Origin: an uncultured virus (IMG/VR IMGVR_UViG_3300027847_001767)
Taxonomy: Duplodnaviria > Heunggongvirae > Uroviricota > Caudoviricetes
Virus record (IMG/VR): IMGVR_UViG_3300027847_001767
Length of the DNA stretch: 64,000 nucleotides
Reading direction: 5' to 3' (one strand)
Part shown: in pieces, positions 48,321 through 58,600 of the stretch
Layout: every line of letters begins with the position of its first letter
Numbering within the stretch: the stretch's first letter is position 1
Notes under the pieces: generated by a model
Database searches by the model: none
What the model saw: the letters and a program-made list of their open reading frames with translations, nothing else
What the model was told of the DNA's origin: nothing
Translations under genes and position numbers: made by a program

Positions 48321-51300
48321 TAGAAACAAAAGCTCCACAACAGCCTCAAACCACTGATCCTCCTAAAGATTTAATAGGTAGGTTAGAATATTTTTATAGA
48401 CAATATGACCCTAGACATACTCCTCCTATGGAGGACTTGCAGGGGATGGCGAAACAAATGGTTGGAGGAGAGGAAAAGTTCTGGAAAGATGTGTATGGTC
48501 ATTATGCAGAGGGTGATTGGAATGATGCCTTGAGAGATGAGTTGGTGGGATTATCTAACCCTTATTCAAAAAAAAAAGAATCGTCGAAGCCATCAAGTCC
48601 GGTTGGAAATGGCTTATCTACCAAAGATGCCCCAATTGCGGAAGGGAATACTGAAATTCCTTTAGCTGCACCAAACCGTTCTGATTTAAAAAAAGAGACT
48701 CCATTAATACCTTCTGACCCTAAAGAAGATGTAGGTGTCACTGTTAAGGATACTGTATTAAATGATGCCAAAGAATTTCGCAAACTATTCCCGTTATCTC
48801 CAGATATTCCTAGCGATTCAATAGAATTTCATCCCTTACAAATGAGGGAAAATGAATGGTTGTACAAGGAAGGAATTGGCAATGACCCGAAAACAGATCC
48901 AGTACACAAAGAAGGTTCTAAGCATTATAGCGATCAAGCAATTGACATTCCTGTTGCAAATAAAGCCCAAGGAGACAAAGTAGCTGCTTTCTGGAAGGAT
49001 AAGGGGTATAAGACTATATGGGGGTCTGATGGACATGAGGGGCATGTTCATGTGGCGTGGGATACTGAGGTGATGAGCGATAAAAATCAAAATGCTCAGG
49101 TAATCTCAGATATGTTTGGTGAAGGCAAAGAACCCGATCCTCCTTTAGCCGCACCAAATAGAGCCGAAGTAGTTGCTAGGCAAGAAGAACAGAGGGTTCA
49201 GGAGTTGAAGCATAAGGCGGTTCGGATGGTTGAAAGAGGGATGAGTGGCGATAAGTTTGGTCTTTTCTTAGAACGTGTAGGTGCTGATAATATAAGATCT
49301 CTTCACGATAAATTTAGTGCTGGTAGCAAAGATTTTGTCAAAAGGATGGTTTTTAATTTCCCAGATTATTTAAGGGCTGGTTCAAGAACTTTGTTAAAGC
49401 CAGCGTTAGAACTTGAGGCGTTATCTGCTGTTAAGTTGGGATTTATTAAGCCAGAAGAAAAGGATCGTTATTTAGCTAAATTAGAAAAGGAATATATTAC
49501 CGACAACCCCCTTTTAAACAAAGATGCTCTTCAGTTTGGTGATAGCGAGTTGGCGCAATGGATGGATAAAGACATTCAAAGAATTGATTCGTATGATGAA
49601 CAGTTAGGCAAATTCTCTTTAGATATATACAATGAACAGGGTCTTGGGCCAGCATTAAAGCATGTTGCGGGGGCGGTGGTAAGGTCTGCACCAGCTATGA
49701 TAGCATCATATTATTCTGGCACACCTTTGTCTTTTATGGGAGCATATGCCGCAGCTGCTAAACACGATGAGTTAATTAAAACAGATAAAATAACAGGCGC
49801 TTTTGCAAATGCAACTGTAAATGAAAAGGGAAGTAGAGATAGTAATATTGCCATAAATTCAACGATAAGTGGGGCGGCTGAAATGATTTTTGAAAGATTC
49901 ACTTTCGGCCTGTTAAGAAGAACGGGGCAAACTCTATTAAGGTCAGGTATCCCTAAAGCTGAGGCAAAGAAAGCAATTGCGAAAACACTCAGGGAAAGAT
50001 TGCTTGGTGGTATTAGTGCTTTTGGTAAATTTTCTAAAGATGTAACTGGAGAGCCTATTACGGAAATGCTTACAGGAATTACTAGCAGGGCGGCAGATGT
50101 TTTGTTGATAGAGAAGCCAATGCCTCCACTAGATGCTATGAAATATATCTTCTCTAAAGAAACTATAGAAGAGGGTATAGTTGGCTTAGGATTTGGTGGA
50201 CCTATTGCTGCTGCTAATTTATTTATGGGCGGCTATAATAATTCATCTAAAGCTGAAACAAAGAAAAAATTAATCGATGATGCTGATGTTGTAGGGGCTG
50301 AGAACGTCAGAGAGTCTATCAAAAATGCTGCAGAAAAAGGAGATATAACACCAGAAGTAAAAGAAGAATTAGAAAAAGAGTTAGACGAGGTTGAAAGAGT
50401 AGGAGAAAAAATACCTGAAAATATAAAAGGCGCTGCCAATCAAAAGTCTCATGTTTTAATCAAAGAGAAAGAAAGGCTAACCGAGATGCTTGAAGAGGCA
50501 AAGAAGAAAGCTGAGAAGTTAGATCCTGCTTTTGCTGAATCCGCTAAGGAGAATGTAAAAGAAACGGAATCTAAAGTAAAAGACGTTGATACTGAACTAA
50601 AAGAGATTGCCGAAACAAGCATGACCAGAGAGATGGTTGAGGCGCTTGAAAGTATGAAGGCCGATGGCTTATTAGATGCTGAAGGGTTGGCTGATCTTGA
50701 AAATTCTAAATTATTACTTGCAAAAGAAGAGGCTAAAGAAGAATCTAGCACAAAGTCTGTATCTAAAGTTGTACCTAAGTCGGAAGCCCCTGTAGATACT
50801 GAGGCAAAGGATAGTACAAAGCCTGTACTAAAAACAGAGCCAGAACAACCTGGAACTAAAGTAGAACCAGATTTAGTTCAAGAAACAAAAACGCCCGAAA
50901 CCCCTGTAGTTACTAAGAAAGATGTAGAAAAAACTGCAAAAGCAGAACAACCTAGAACAGACCTAGAACAAGAATCGGTTCCAGATATAGTTTTTGACGA
51001 AAGGGTGGCTAGTTTACCAGGAACGCCTGAGCAACTTGCGATGGTAACAGTTGCGGGTGGTCAAAAAGTAAACCCTACGTCTTTTAAAGGTGACGTAGTT
51101 AATGAAAAAACTAATTTTCTTCATAAAGATGCTCCTACCATAGAGAAGTTAGCCGATGATTTAGCTAAGGAATATGGTTTTGACCCGAAGGATGTAAGAA
51201 ATGCATTGATAAACGAATATTCAGATCCAAAGAATGAGCAGAGCCAAAAACCTACAAAAAACGTTGCTTCTACTGAAGACTTATTAAATACTAAAAATAG

Positions 51301-54300
51301 ATTAGAAGAAAAGAAAACTCATCCTTCTGGTTTATCCAAAGCTGAACAGAAAACTTTAGACAGGGTAAATAAGGCTCTTGCTCCAAAAGAAGAAGGTTCT
51401 GGCAAAATTCCTATTGTTAATAAAGAGGTTGAAAGAAGAGGCAAAGACTATAAGAAGTATAGAGTTTCTCCAAAAACTCAAAAGGTTGATCATCCTAAAA
51501 TTATTGACGAAGTAGTTAAATCAAAGGGGTATAGCGAACGTCTTTCTGATTTTGTTGGGGTAAAAGTAAAGGAGGCGCTAAAGAGGGCGAATAACAATTA
51601 TGACAAAGTGTTTGATTCTATTCAAGAAGAAACTTTAGAATCAATGGCTGTGTCTGTTTTGAATAATGAGTTAAAGGCTAGGTTTGAGAACAATGAGATA
51701 ACCAAAGAGGAGGCTAAAGAGATTCAAGGAAAGGAATTAAAAGAAATAAGCAAGGCGATTGATAATAATAACATGGATTCGCCTTATGTTGCTAAAGTCA
51801 AAAACATAGTAGACGAGGTAGTTCAAGAATCAAAAGAGTCTTCTGAAAAGGTTGCTGAATCTATAGAAAATGAATGGAGTGAGCCTAAAGCTGAAGAAAA
51901 TGTAGAAGGCAAGACTAAAGATGACGGGGTTCCAACTGCAAAAGAGCAGATGCAAAAAGACCTAAAGGATGTAATGAATTTTTTGTCTAATACGGATTTA
52001 GGAATTACCGCATCGAGTTTAGAGCAAGTTCCCGAAAATGCAAGAAAAGCTAGAAATGTAGCAAGATATTGGATTCGAAGGGGTGTTGAAAATTTAAAAG
52101 ACTTCTTAAAGAAGATAGAGGTTTCGCATACAGACTTTTGGGCAACAGCATATAAAGACGGTCTTCAGGCAGAAGCTAATCAGAATGCTATAAACATAAG
52201 GTCAGAGCTTACAGCGAAGCAAGAGTTTGCTCAAGCATTTATAAATGTACACCACATTGTTGAGATAGCTCAGAAAAATATGGGTGGCAGGACTATATCT
52301 GATCCTGACCTTAACGTAATAATGGGCTTAGAGATGTCTAAGTCAAGAGGAAACACGATGAGGACCGATATAATGAAAAAGACTCTTGGTGTTCCTAGAT
52401 TTGAATTAGGGTCAAAAAACAGAAAAATAAGTAAAAACAGTATTAGGGGGCGCATTAATGCGATAAAAGGCTTGAATTTTAATGAATGGAGGGATTTTAT
52501 GTTTTATAACCACATCCCAGAAAGGAACGCTAGGTACGAGAAGATGCATGAAGAGGAGAGGGTAGCCGAAATGGATGGTATGATAGAGGAGTTTGACGAA
52601 AAGCTCTCAGGTCTTATAGGGCAGACTGTTGATCCACTCACTACAAGCGAGGCTGCGTTAAATGAAATGATGAAAGATCTTCCAGAGGAAGATGCTAGTG
52701 CCAAGAAAAGAATTATAAAGAAAGCAAAGGCTATAAAGGAAATAAATAAGAAAGAAGTATCCAAAATGGCTTCTGGGACTTCCACCCAAGACGCAAATGC
52801 TTGGTTGGATAAATTAACAGATTTTCAAAAGAAGCAATATTTAGATTTTTATAAAGAGTACAAAAAGGAGGTTCTTGATCATTACCTTGACTATATGGCG
52901 CGACCAGAAGTGGGAATGATAACCCAAGAAGTAGCAGATGGAATGAAGAATGGATTGAGAGAGGGCTATCCTAATTATGAGGTTTACGTTCCCATGAACG
53001 TTGATCCGTCTTTGCTTCCAGATAAGGTTAATATTAATATGGGGCCACTATCTTCTCAACTATATGCGGCAAAAGGAACGGGAGAGGTCTTTGGAAAAGA
53101 TCAAAGAATAGACCCTATGGCTATGGGGTTGATAAAAGCTGGAAATGCTTTTAGGCAAGGGGAAGTAAATGCAGCCATTATTAGGTTTAAAAGTCTCATG
53201 TTAGAAAATCCCGTACCAAGCCAATATGCGATAATTCCGGCTAGATATATTATAAAAACAAATGACAATGGAGATGTAATACATTTCAATAATGGTGTTT
53301 CTAAAGCTATAACAGAGAATAGCATTGCGGTTAAAGATGGCGGGAAGCTGTATTATTTGTTTTTTAAACCCCTTAGGAACAAGAAGGGAAAATTACAAAG
53401 AAATCCTATTGTTGAGAGTTTAAATAGAAAGCCTGAAATGGCTGGCCCTGTTCTTAGGTTTGTGCAGAAATACATTAGGCCTATTACTGGATTAATGAGT
53501 TCTATATTTACTACATACAGCCCTGACTTTGTGATTCCGAATATAGCCAGAGATAGCCAAGAGGCAAATGCCAATATAGAAGCATACAGGAAACTCTTTA
53601 ATCTAAAGCATATTAGATGGGAGGCAGTAAAATTAATGGCAAAGTCTACTGTAGGCCAATTGTTCTCAAAAGCTACAAGTAAAGAGATAGTTGAATTAGC
53701 AAGAGAGATGGAAATAGAAGGTGTCCCTATGAGTTGGGATTTCATGCAGGGAACAACTGAAGAGGTTGAGATTATAAATAAATACATCAAAGATGTAGAG
53801 AGAAGTGCAAGAGATCCAAAGGTAGCCTTAAAGGGAGGTCTTGAAATACTATCTTTTGTTGGCAATAGAATAGAGATGATGCCTAGAATAGCGGCATATG
53901 GAGCGGTGAAGAAGGATTTGATGAAACAAGGGGTGCCAGAAAAGAAAGCAAAACAGATAGGCGCTTATGTTGCTAAAAATATAACATTAAATTTCGAAAA
54001 GGGCGGTACTCATTCCGCGTGGTTGAGGGGTCTTTATATGTTTTCTCAGGTTGGAATAACATCGGCAACCGCAAGTTTGCGTTCGGTTAAATCAAGGAGA
54101 GGGAAAAACGTATTAGCTGGCGCTTTCGCACTTTCTTTACTAAATAGAATGTTATTGGATGCGAATATGGATGATGAAGATTACGATAGGTATATACATA
54201 ATTCTTTTGCTGCCACAAACAATACATTAATTTTTAATCCTTTTGATCCTGCAAATCCTTGGACTTTACCGAAGCCTTGGTCTTTACTTCGGGTTGCTCA

Positions 54301-55045
54301 AAATTCTGCTGAGAGTATATACGATGTAGCAAAAGGAAACAAACATCCACTTGAAGCAGCTATGGATATTGCAGGGGCATTAGTTACCGTATTTGATCCA
54401 ATAGGGGGAACAGCAAGTTTTACTGCATTTGTTCCAACCGTATTTAAGCCTTTTGCCGAGGCGTATATAAATATGGCATGGAACACCGGAGAGATAAGCT
54501 ATGTGTTTAATGATCCTGCCGTACCAAATGTTATGGAGTATGCGAGTGCAACGAGCGATGATGCTGTTTGGTTTGCGGCACAGATATATAGACTGACAGG
54601 AAAGGCAATAGATGTATCTCCAGATTATTATGAGTATATAGCTCATCAATATTATGCTGGAGGCCCTGAAATATATTTACATGACTTCCCGAAAGCTCTT
54701 AAAAACATAAAAGATGCAATAGTAGCTCAAGATTTTAACGCAATAGACACTCATGAACTTCCTGTATTCAGGCGTTTTTATAAAAGAATAAGCCAAAGAG
54801 AGCGGTATATCGTGTACGATCTTTGGAAGTATGCGAACTATACTACGTTAAGATCAGATCTTGTAACAGATGAAGAAAGGAAATATATGGTAAGAGAACT
54901 TGCTACGGCTAAAAAAAATCTAACTCCAAGATCCTTTAAAAGACTAACTGGTATTTTATTTGATAGGTATTTTTCTGAGCAAAAGAATACTTACAAAGAT
55001 GTAAAGCTGTTTAATGAATACAAGAGATTCAAACAGGGTAGATAG
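48317..55045 (+). CDS. large ejection/polyvalent protein with M15-like peptidase motif and LPD38-like C-terminal region
   Basis: SKHYSDQAID...HEGHVH; C-terminal KNITLNFEKGG...LYMF...PFAEAYIN resembles large polyvalent proteins. Confidence 0.75.
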   Translation: MIETKAPQQPQTTDPPKDLIGRLEYFYRQYDPRHTPPMEDLQGMAKQMVGGEEKFWKDVYGHYAEGDWNDALRDELVGLSNPYSKKKESSKPSSPVGNGLSTKDAPIAEGNTEIPLAAPNRSDLKKETPLIPSDPKEDVGVTVKDTVLNDAKEFRKLFPLSPDIPSDSIEFHPLQMRENEWLYKEGIGNDPKTDPVHKEGSKHYSDQAIDIPVANKAQGDKVAAFWKDKGYKTIWGSDGHEGHVHVAWDTEVMSDKNQNAQVISDMFGEGKEPDPPLAAPNRAEVVARQEEQRVQELKHKAVRMVERGMSGDKFGLFLERVGADNIRSLHDKFSAGSKDFVKRMVFNFPDYLRAGSRTLLKPALELEALSAVKLGFIKPEEKDRYLAKLEKEYITDNPLLNKDALQFGDSELAQWMDKDIQRIDSYDEQLGKFSLDIYNEQGLGPALKHVAGAVVRSAPAMIASYYSGTPLSFMGAYAAAAKHDELIKTDKITGAFANATVNEKGSRDSNIAINSTISGAAEMIFERFTFGLLRRTGQTLLRSGIPKAEAKKAIAKTLRERLLGGISAFGKFSKDVTGEPITEMLTGITSRAADVLLIEKPMPPLDAMKYIFSKETIEEGIVGLGFGGPIAAANLFMGGYNNSSKAETKKKLIDDADVVGAENVRESIKNAAEKGDITPEVKEELEKELDEVERVGEKIPENIKGAANQKSHVLIKEKERLTEMLEEAKKKAEKLDPAFAESAKENVKETESKVKDVDTELKEIAETSMTREMVEALESMKADGLLDAEGLADLENSKLLLAKEEAKEESSTKSVSKVVPKSEAPVDTEAKDSTKPVLKTEPEQPGTKVEPDLVQETKTPETPVVTKKDVEKTAKAEQPRTDLEQESVPDIVFDERVASLPGTPEQLAMVTVAGGQKVNPTSFKGDVVNEKTNFLHKDAPTIEKLADDLAKEYGFDPKDVRNALINEYSDPKNEQSQKPTKNVASTEDLLNTKNRLEEKKTHPSGLSKAEQKTLDRVNKALAPKEEGSGKIPIVNKEVERRGKDYKKYRVSPKTQKVDHPKIIDEVVKSKGYSERLSDFVGVKVKEALKRANNNYDKVFDSIQEETLESMAVSVLNNELKARFENNEITKEEAKEIQGKELKEISKAIDNNNMDSPYVAKVKNIVDEVVQESKESSEKVAESIENEWSEPKAEENVEGKTKDDGVPTAKEQMQKDLKDVMNFLSNTDLGITASSLEQVPENARKARNVARYWIRRGVENLKDFLKKIEVSHTDFWATAYKDGLQAEANQNAINIRSELTAKQEFAQAFINVHHIVEIAQKNMGGRTISDPDLNVIMGLEMSKSRGNTMRTDIMKKTLGVPRFELGSKNRKISKNSIRGRINAIKGLNFNEWRDFMFYNHIPERNARYEKMHEEERVAEMDGMIEEFDEKLSGLIGQTVDPLTTSEAALNEMMKDLPEEDASAKKRIIKKAKAIKEINKKEVSKMASGTSTQDANAWLDKLTDFQKKQYLDFYKEYKKEVLDHYLDYMARPEVGMITQEVADGMKNGLREGYPNYEVYVPMNVDPSLLPDKVNINMGPLSSQLYAAKGTGEVFGKDQRIDPMAMGLIKAGNAFRQGEVNAAIIRFKSLMLENPVPSQYAIIPARYIIKTNDNGDVIHFNNGVSKAITENSIAVKDGGKLYYLFFKPLRNKKGKLQRNPIVESLNRKPEMAGPVLRFVQKYIRPITGLMSSIFTTYSPDFVIPNIARDSQEANANIEAYRKLFNLKHIRWEAVKLMAKSTVGQLFSKATSKEIVELAREMEIEGVPMSWDFMQGTTEEVEIINKYIKDVERSARDPKVALKGGLEILSFVGNRIEMMPRIAAYGAVKKDLMKQGVPEKKAKQIGAYVAKNITLNFEKGGTHSAWLRGLYMFSQVGITSATASLRSVKSRRGKNVLAGAFALSLLNRMLLDANMDDEDYDRYIHNSFAATNNTLIFNPFDPANPWTLPKPWSLLRVAQNSAESIYDVAKGNKHPLEAAMDIAGALVTVFDPIGGTASFTAFVPTVFKPFAEAYINMAWNTGEISYVFNDPAVPNVMEYASATSDDAVWFAAQIYRLTGKAIDVSPDYYEYIAHQYYAGGPEIYLHDFPKALKNIKDAIVAQDFNAIDTHELPVFRRFYKRISQRERYIVYDLWKYANYTTLRSDLVTDEERKYMVRELATAKKNLTPRSFKRLTGILFDRYFSEQKNTYKDVKLFNEYKRFKQGR

Positions 55046-55082
55046 AGTTTTTTTATATTTGAGTTCATTAATATTTAAAATC

Positions 55083-55526
55083 ATGGGAATTTCTAAAAAG
55101 AATTTAATCCGATCACTCTCTTTCTTGGCTGCAGTTGGAATAACTTTTATTGCAATTAATGTTTTCGGCCAAGAGGTTGAAATACCAACCGACCCCTCAT
55201 CTCCAGTAGCAACCCCTGAATGGTTTGGTGGTGCAGTTGAGGCAATCTTTGGTGCTATTGTTCTTATTGCTGGGTATGTAAAGCATCTAATCCCAGGTAT
55301 TAAGAAGATTAATCAAAACGTATATAAGGTACTAGCAATCGCTGTAGTGGTTGGCATCGCCTTTTTGTCTCTTGGATGGGCAAATGTTATCCAGCTATTA
55401 TTTGGGTATACTTCTGTAACGTCTTTATATGAATTGGCTTTGAAGGCATTCATAAAGAAAAAGCCAGTAGATATAACGGAAAAGCCAGTAGATATAACGA
55501 AAAAGCCAGTAGAAAATGCTGCGTAG
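55083..55526 (+). CDS. multi-TM membrane protein, holin candidate
   Basis: 3-4 hydrophobic helices and a charged repeat tail; ATG 55083 lies after a TATATTTG box. Confidence 0.65.
   Translation: MGISKKNLIRSLSFLAAVGITFIAINVFGQEVEIPTDPSSPVATPEWFGGAVEAIFGAIVLIAGYVKHLIPGIKKINQNVYKVLAIAVVVGIAFLSLGWANVIQLLFGYTSVTSLYELALKAFIKKKPVDITEKPVDITKKPVENAA
55459..55513 (+). repeat. 21-bp tandem repeat, about 2.6 copies (KPVDITx)
   Basis: AAAAGCCAGTAGATATAACG(G/A). Confidence 0.9.
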
Positions 55527-55613
55527 TCTTATTTACATAATTTTTTTTTCTCTTCATTTAACCTAGCAAGTCAGAATGACTTCTATCTAGATAGTAATTC
55601 GGAGAGGGTCTAC

Positions 55614-58600
55614 TTGACTGTAGGCCCTTTATTTTCTTCGGCTACTATTGGAAAATTAAAATGTGAATTCTCTGAATATTTCTTATTTTCCTTCAAGAAT
55701 GGCTTTATATACGATACTCTCTTTGAGTCAAGCATTGACAATGGATTGTACGTCAAAGTCAAAATATCCCCCAAAAATGGGCTGGACTTTATAAAAAAAT
55801 ATGAGTCCAGCCTTATTTATGCCCAACCCGACTTTATATGTCCTGTTTTCCACAACGATCTTTTGTGGCCCAAACAATTCCAACTAAATAATACAGGCCA
55901 ATATATCGATGGTCAAAAAATAACTGCTGGCTTAGATGTAAATGTCCAATCTGTATGGAATACCTATACCGGAACTGGTATCAAGGTTTCTGTGATAGAT
56001 GACGGTATTGAAGACCATGAAGACCTACCCACTATCTTCAATAGTTATGCACCCGCAGACGGTGGAACTGGAGAACCTCAAGATGTAGGTAAGCGTGGTA
56101 GACATGGCATGGCCGTAGCTGGTATCATTTCAGCATTACACAATGATTTAGGAATTAGGGGCGTAGCTCCTTCTGCTATGTTGATTGGTGTAAACATCTT
56201 TAAGAGAGGGACAAGTATCTCTGACTATGCAGATGCTTTTATGTGGTCTATGAACCAAGGAGCAGATGTAATTAACTGTAGTTGGGGCTTCAAATACGAA
56301 GCGGTTGATATAATAAGTGAGAATCCACGTCAATTTAACTTAATAGCTGGTGCTCAATGTGATGATGTATTCCCTGCTTTAACTTCAACAATCAATCATG
56401 TAGCTACTGCTGGTAGGAATGGCAGAGGTTGTGTATTGGTTTTTTCTGCTGGCAATTGGGCGCAAACAGGTCCATTGGGTCAAAATTCTATTGAGTGTGT
56501 GACTTATCCTGCAAATCTAGCAAGTGTTATATCTGTAGGCGCCATAACACCTCAAGGGCAAAGAAGTATATATTCTAACTACGGACCTAAGTTAGATGTA
56601 GTAGCACCTTCTAACGATTTGAATTTCTCGGGATCGAAAAGTTTCTTTGGTGTAAGGACTATTGATAGGGAGGGAACTGCGGGTTATGCGTCAGGAAACT
56701 ATACCGCTAGATTCGGTGGAACGTCTGCTTCTGCTCCTGTTGTGTCTGGGGCTGCTGCCTTGATCTTAAATGCTGACCCTGGATTAAGTGCTTCCCAAGT
56801 CAAAGATTTGCTCTTAGGAACGACTACAGACGTTTTAACTGCTGGATTTGATATAGAGTCAGGGTATGGCTTGATTGATATTCAAGCAGCTATAGATGCT
56901 ATAGGCACTACTGTAACAAGGTCTGCCCCTTGTGATCTTTTGGGTGGTGATGCCGATAATGACGGAATATGTTTGAATAGTGATTGTAACGACAACGATG
57001 CATCGTATCCCAGAATACCAGGAACGCCTTGTGATGATGGAGATCCTTCAACAAGTAATGACGAAATAAGTATTGATGGTTGTTCTTGTGCTGGTGTAGC
57101 TATCCCTTGTTATCCATTTGCAGATGTGGATGGAGATGGTAGGTGTTCCAATAACGATTGTAACGACAATGACGCTGCTTTACCTGCTGCTCCTGGTACT
57201 TTATGTAATGATGGAGATTTAAGCACCCTTAGCGATACAATTACTACAGATAGTTGTACATGTGTTGGTATACCTATACCAGATGATTGTGCAACTTGTT
57301 GCGCTACTAATAATTGTAATTGTACTTTTTATGTTCAAGATGTATCTACTTGTTTAGATACAGCAAGATTAACAGTGATAGGTGGTTGTTTTTCACCAAC
57401 TACCTTGTCTTATAGATGGTCAACTGGAGATACTACAGAATCAACAGTTAGTGTTCCTGGACTGTATATTGTAACAATAACAGACTTGGCGGATTCGTGT
57501 GTAAGTGTGGCTACGGGGCAAATACTTGGTGCTGATCAGCCAGAGGTATCTATAATTTATTCCAATATAACTTGTGCTGATGCTTCTTTGAATCTAACTT
57601 CTAGGTATGGGACGCCACCATATACCTATCAATGGAGTGGTGGGCAAAATTGGGATAATGATTGTAATCTTGACCTACAATGTAATTATTTGGTATATAC
57701 TGAAGGTATATACGCTGTCACTGTAACTGACGCGAGTGGGTGCACTGACTCAACCTCTATAGATATTGATTTTATTGATTCTATTTTAACCGTCACTCTG
57801 ACCGCTGTAAACGACGAGGAGTGTACGGTTTTTGATGAAAGTTCGATTAGTGCTAGTGCTACGGGCGAAGCTCCTTTCTCTTATTTATGGACCAATTCAG
57901 CAACCAGCCAAATGATAGGCTTCTTAGCTCCTGGGAATTATGGGGTGACTGTAACGGATGCAAATGGGTGTATTGGAACAGATACAATAAGTGTAGCTTT
58001 AAATGAAGGATCTTGTGATGCTCCTTGTGATTTTGGAATTATAGGAGATGTTGATGATTGCGATGGTGATATTACTATTACCGAAATCACACCATCTGGG
58101 GGTGTAACTTATATATGGAATGATTTGGTTACAACCCAAAACAGAACAGGCCTGGCACCTGGTCAATATAGTGTACAGGCTACAGACTCGTTGGGATGTA
58201 ATGCTATGTTGGTTTTGGAGGTAGAAGATTGTTGTCCTGTTGAAATTTGTTGTAATTATATAGATGACGATGGAGATGGGTTGGTAGATTGCTATGATTT
58301 GGATTGTGCGTGTTCTGAGGCTACTGCTGCTGTTTCTGTAGAAAATAGTTCTAATGTTCCTACTTCTGGCAATGCGATAGGAGCTGTAGATGGCTTAACC
58401 GCAATATTCTCAGGATCGGGATTTGCTGTTTATAAGTTTACGGCTAGTGTTAGTGGGGTAGCCAGATTATTTATAACCGATGAGGTTGGAACAGGACCTT
58501 ACTCTATGCAAGTAAGCCAATCAAATGATAACATATCTTATTCAAATAATACTTTTTATACCGATGCAGATGTAAAGCCTTGGGCGTTTCCTATAGTTAG

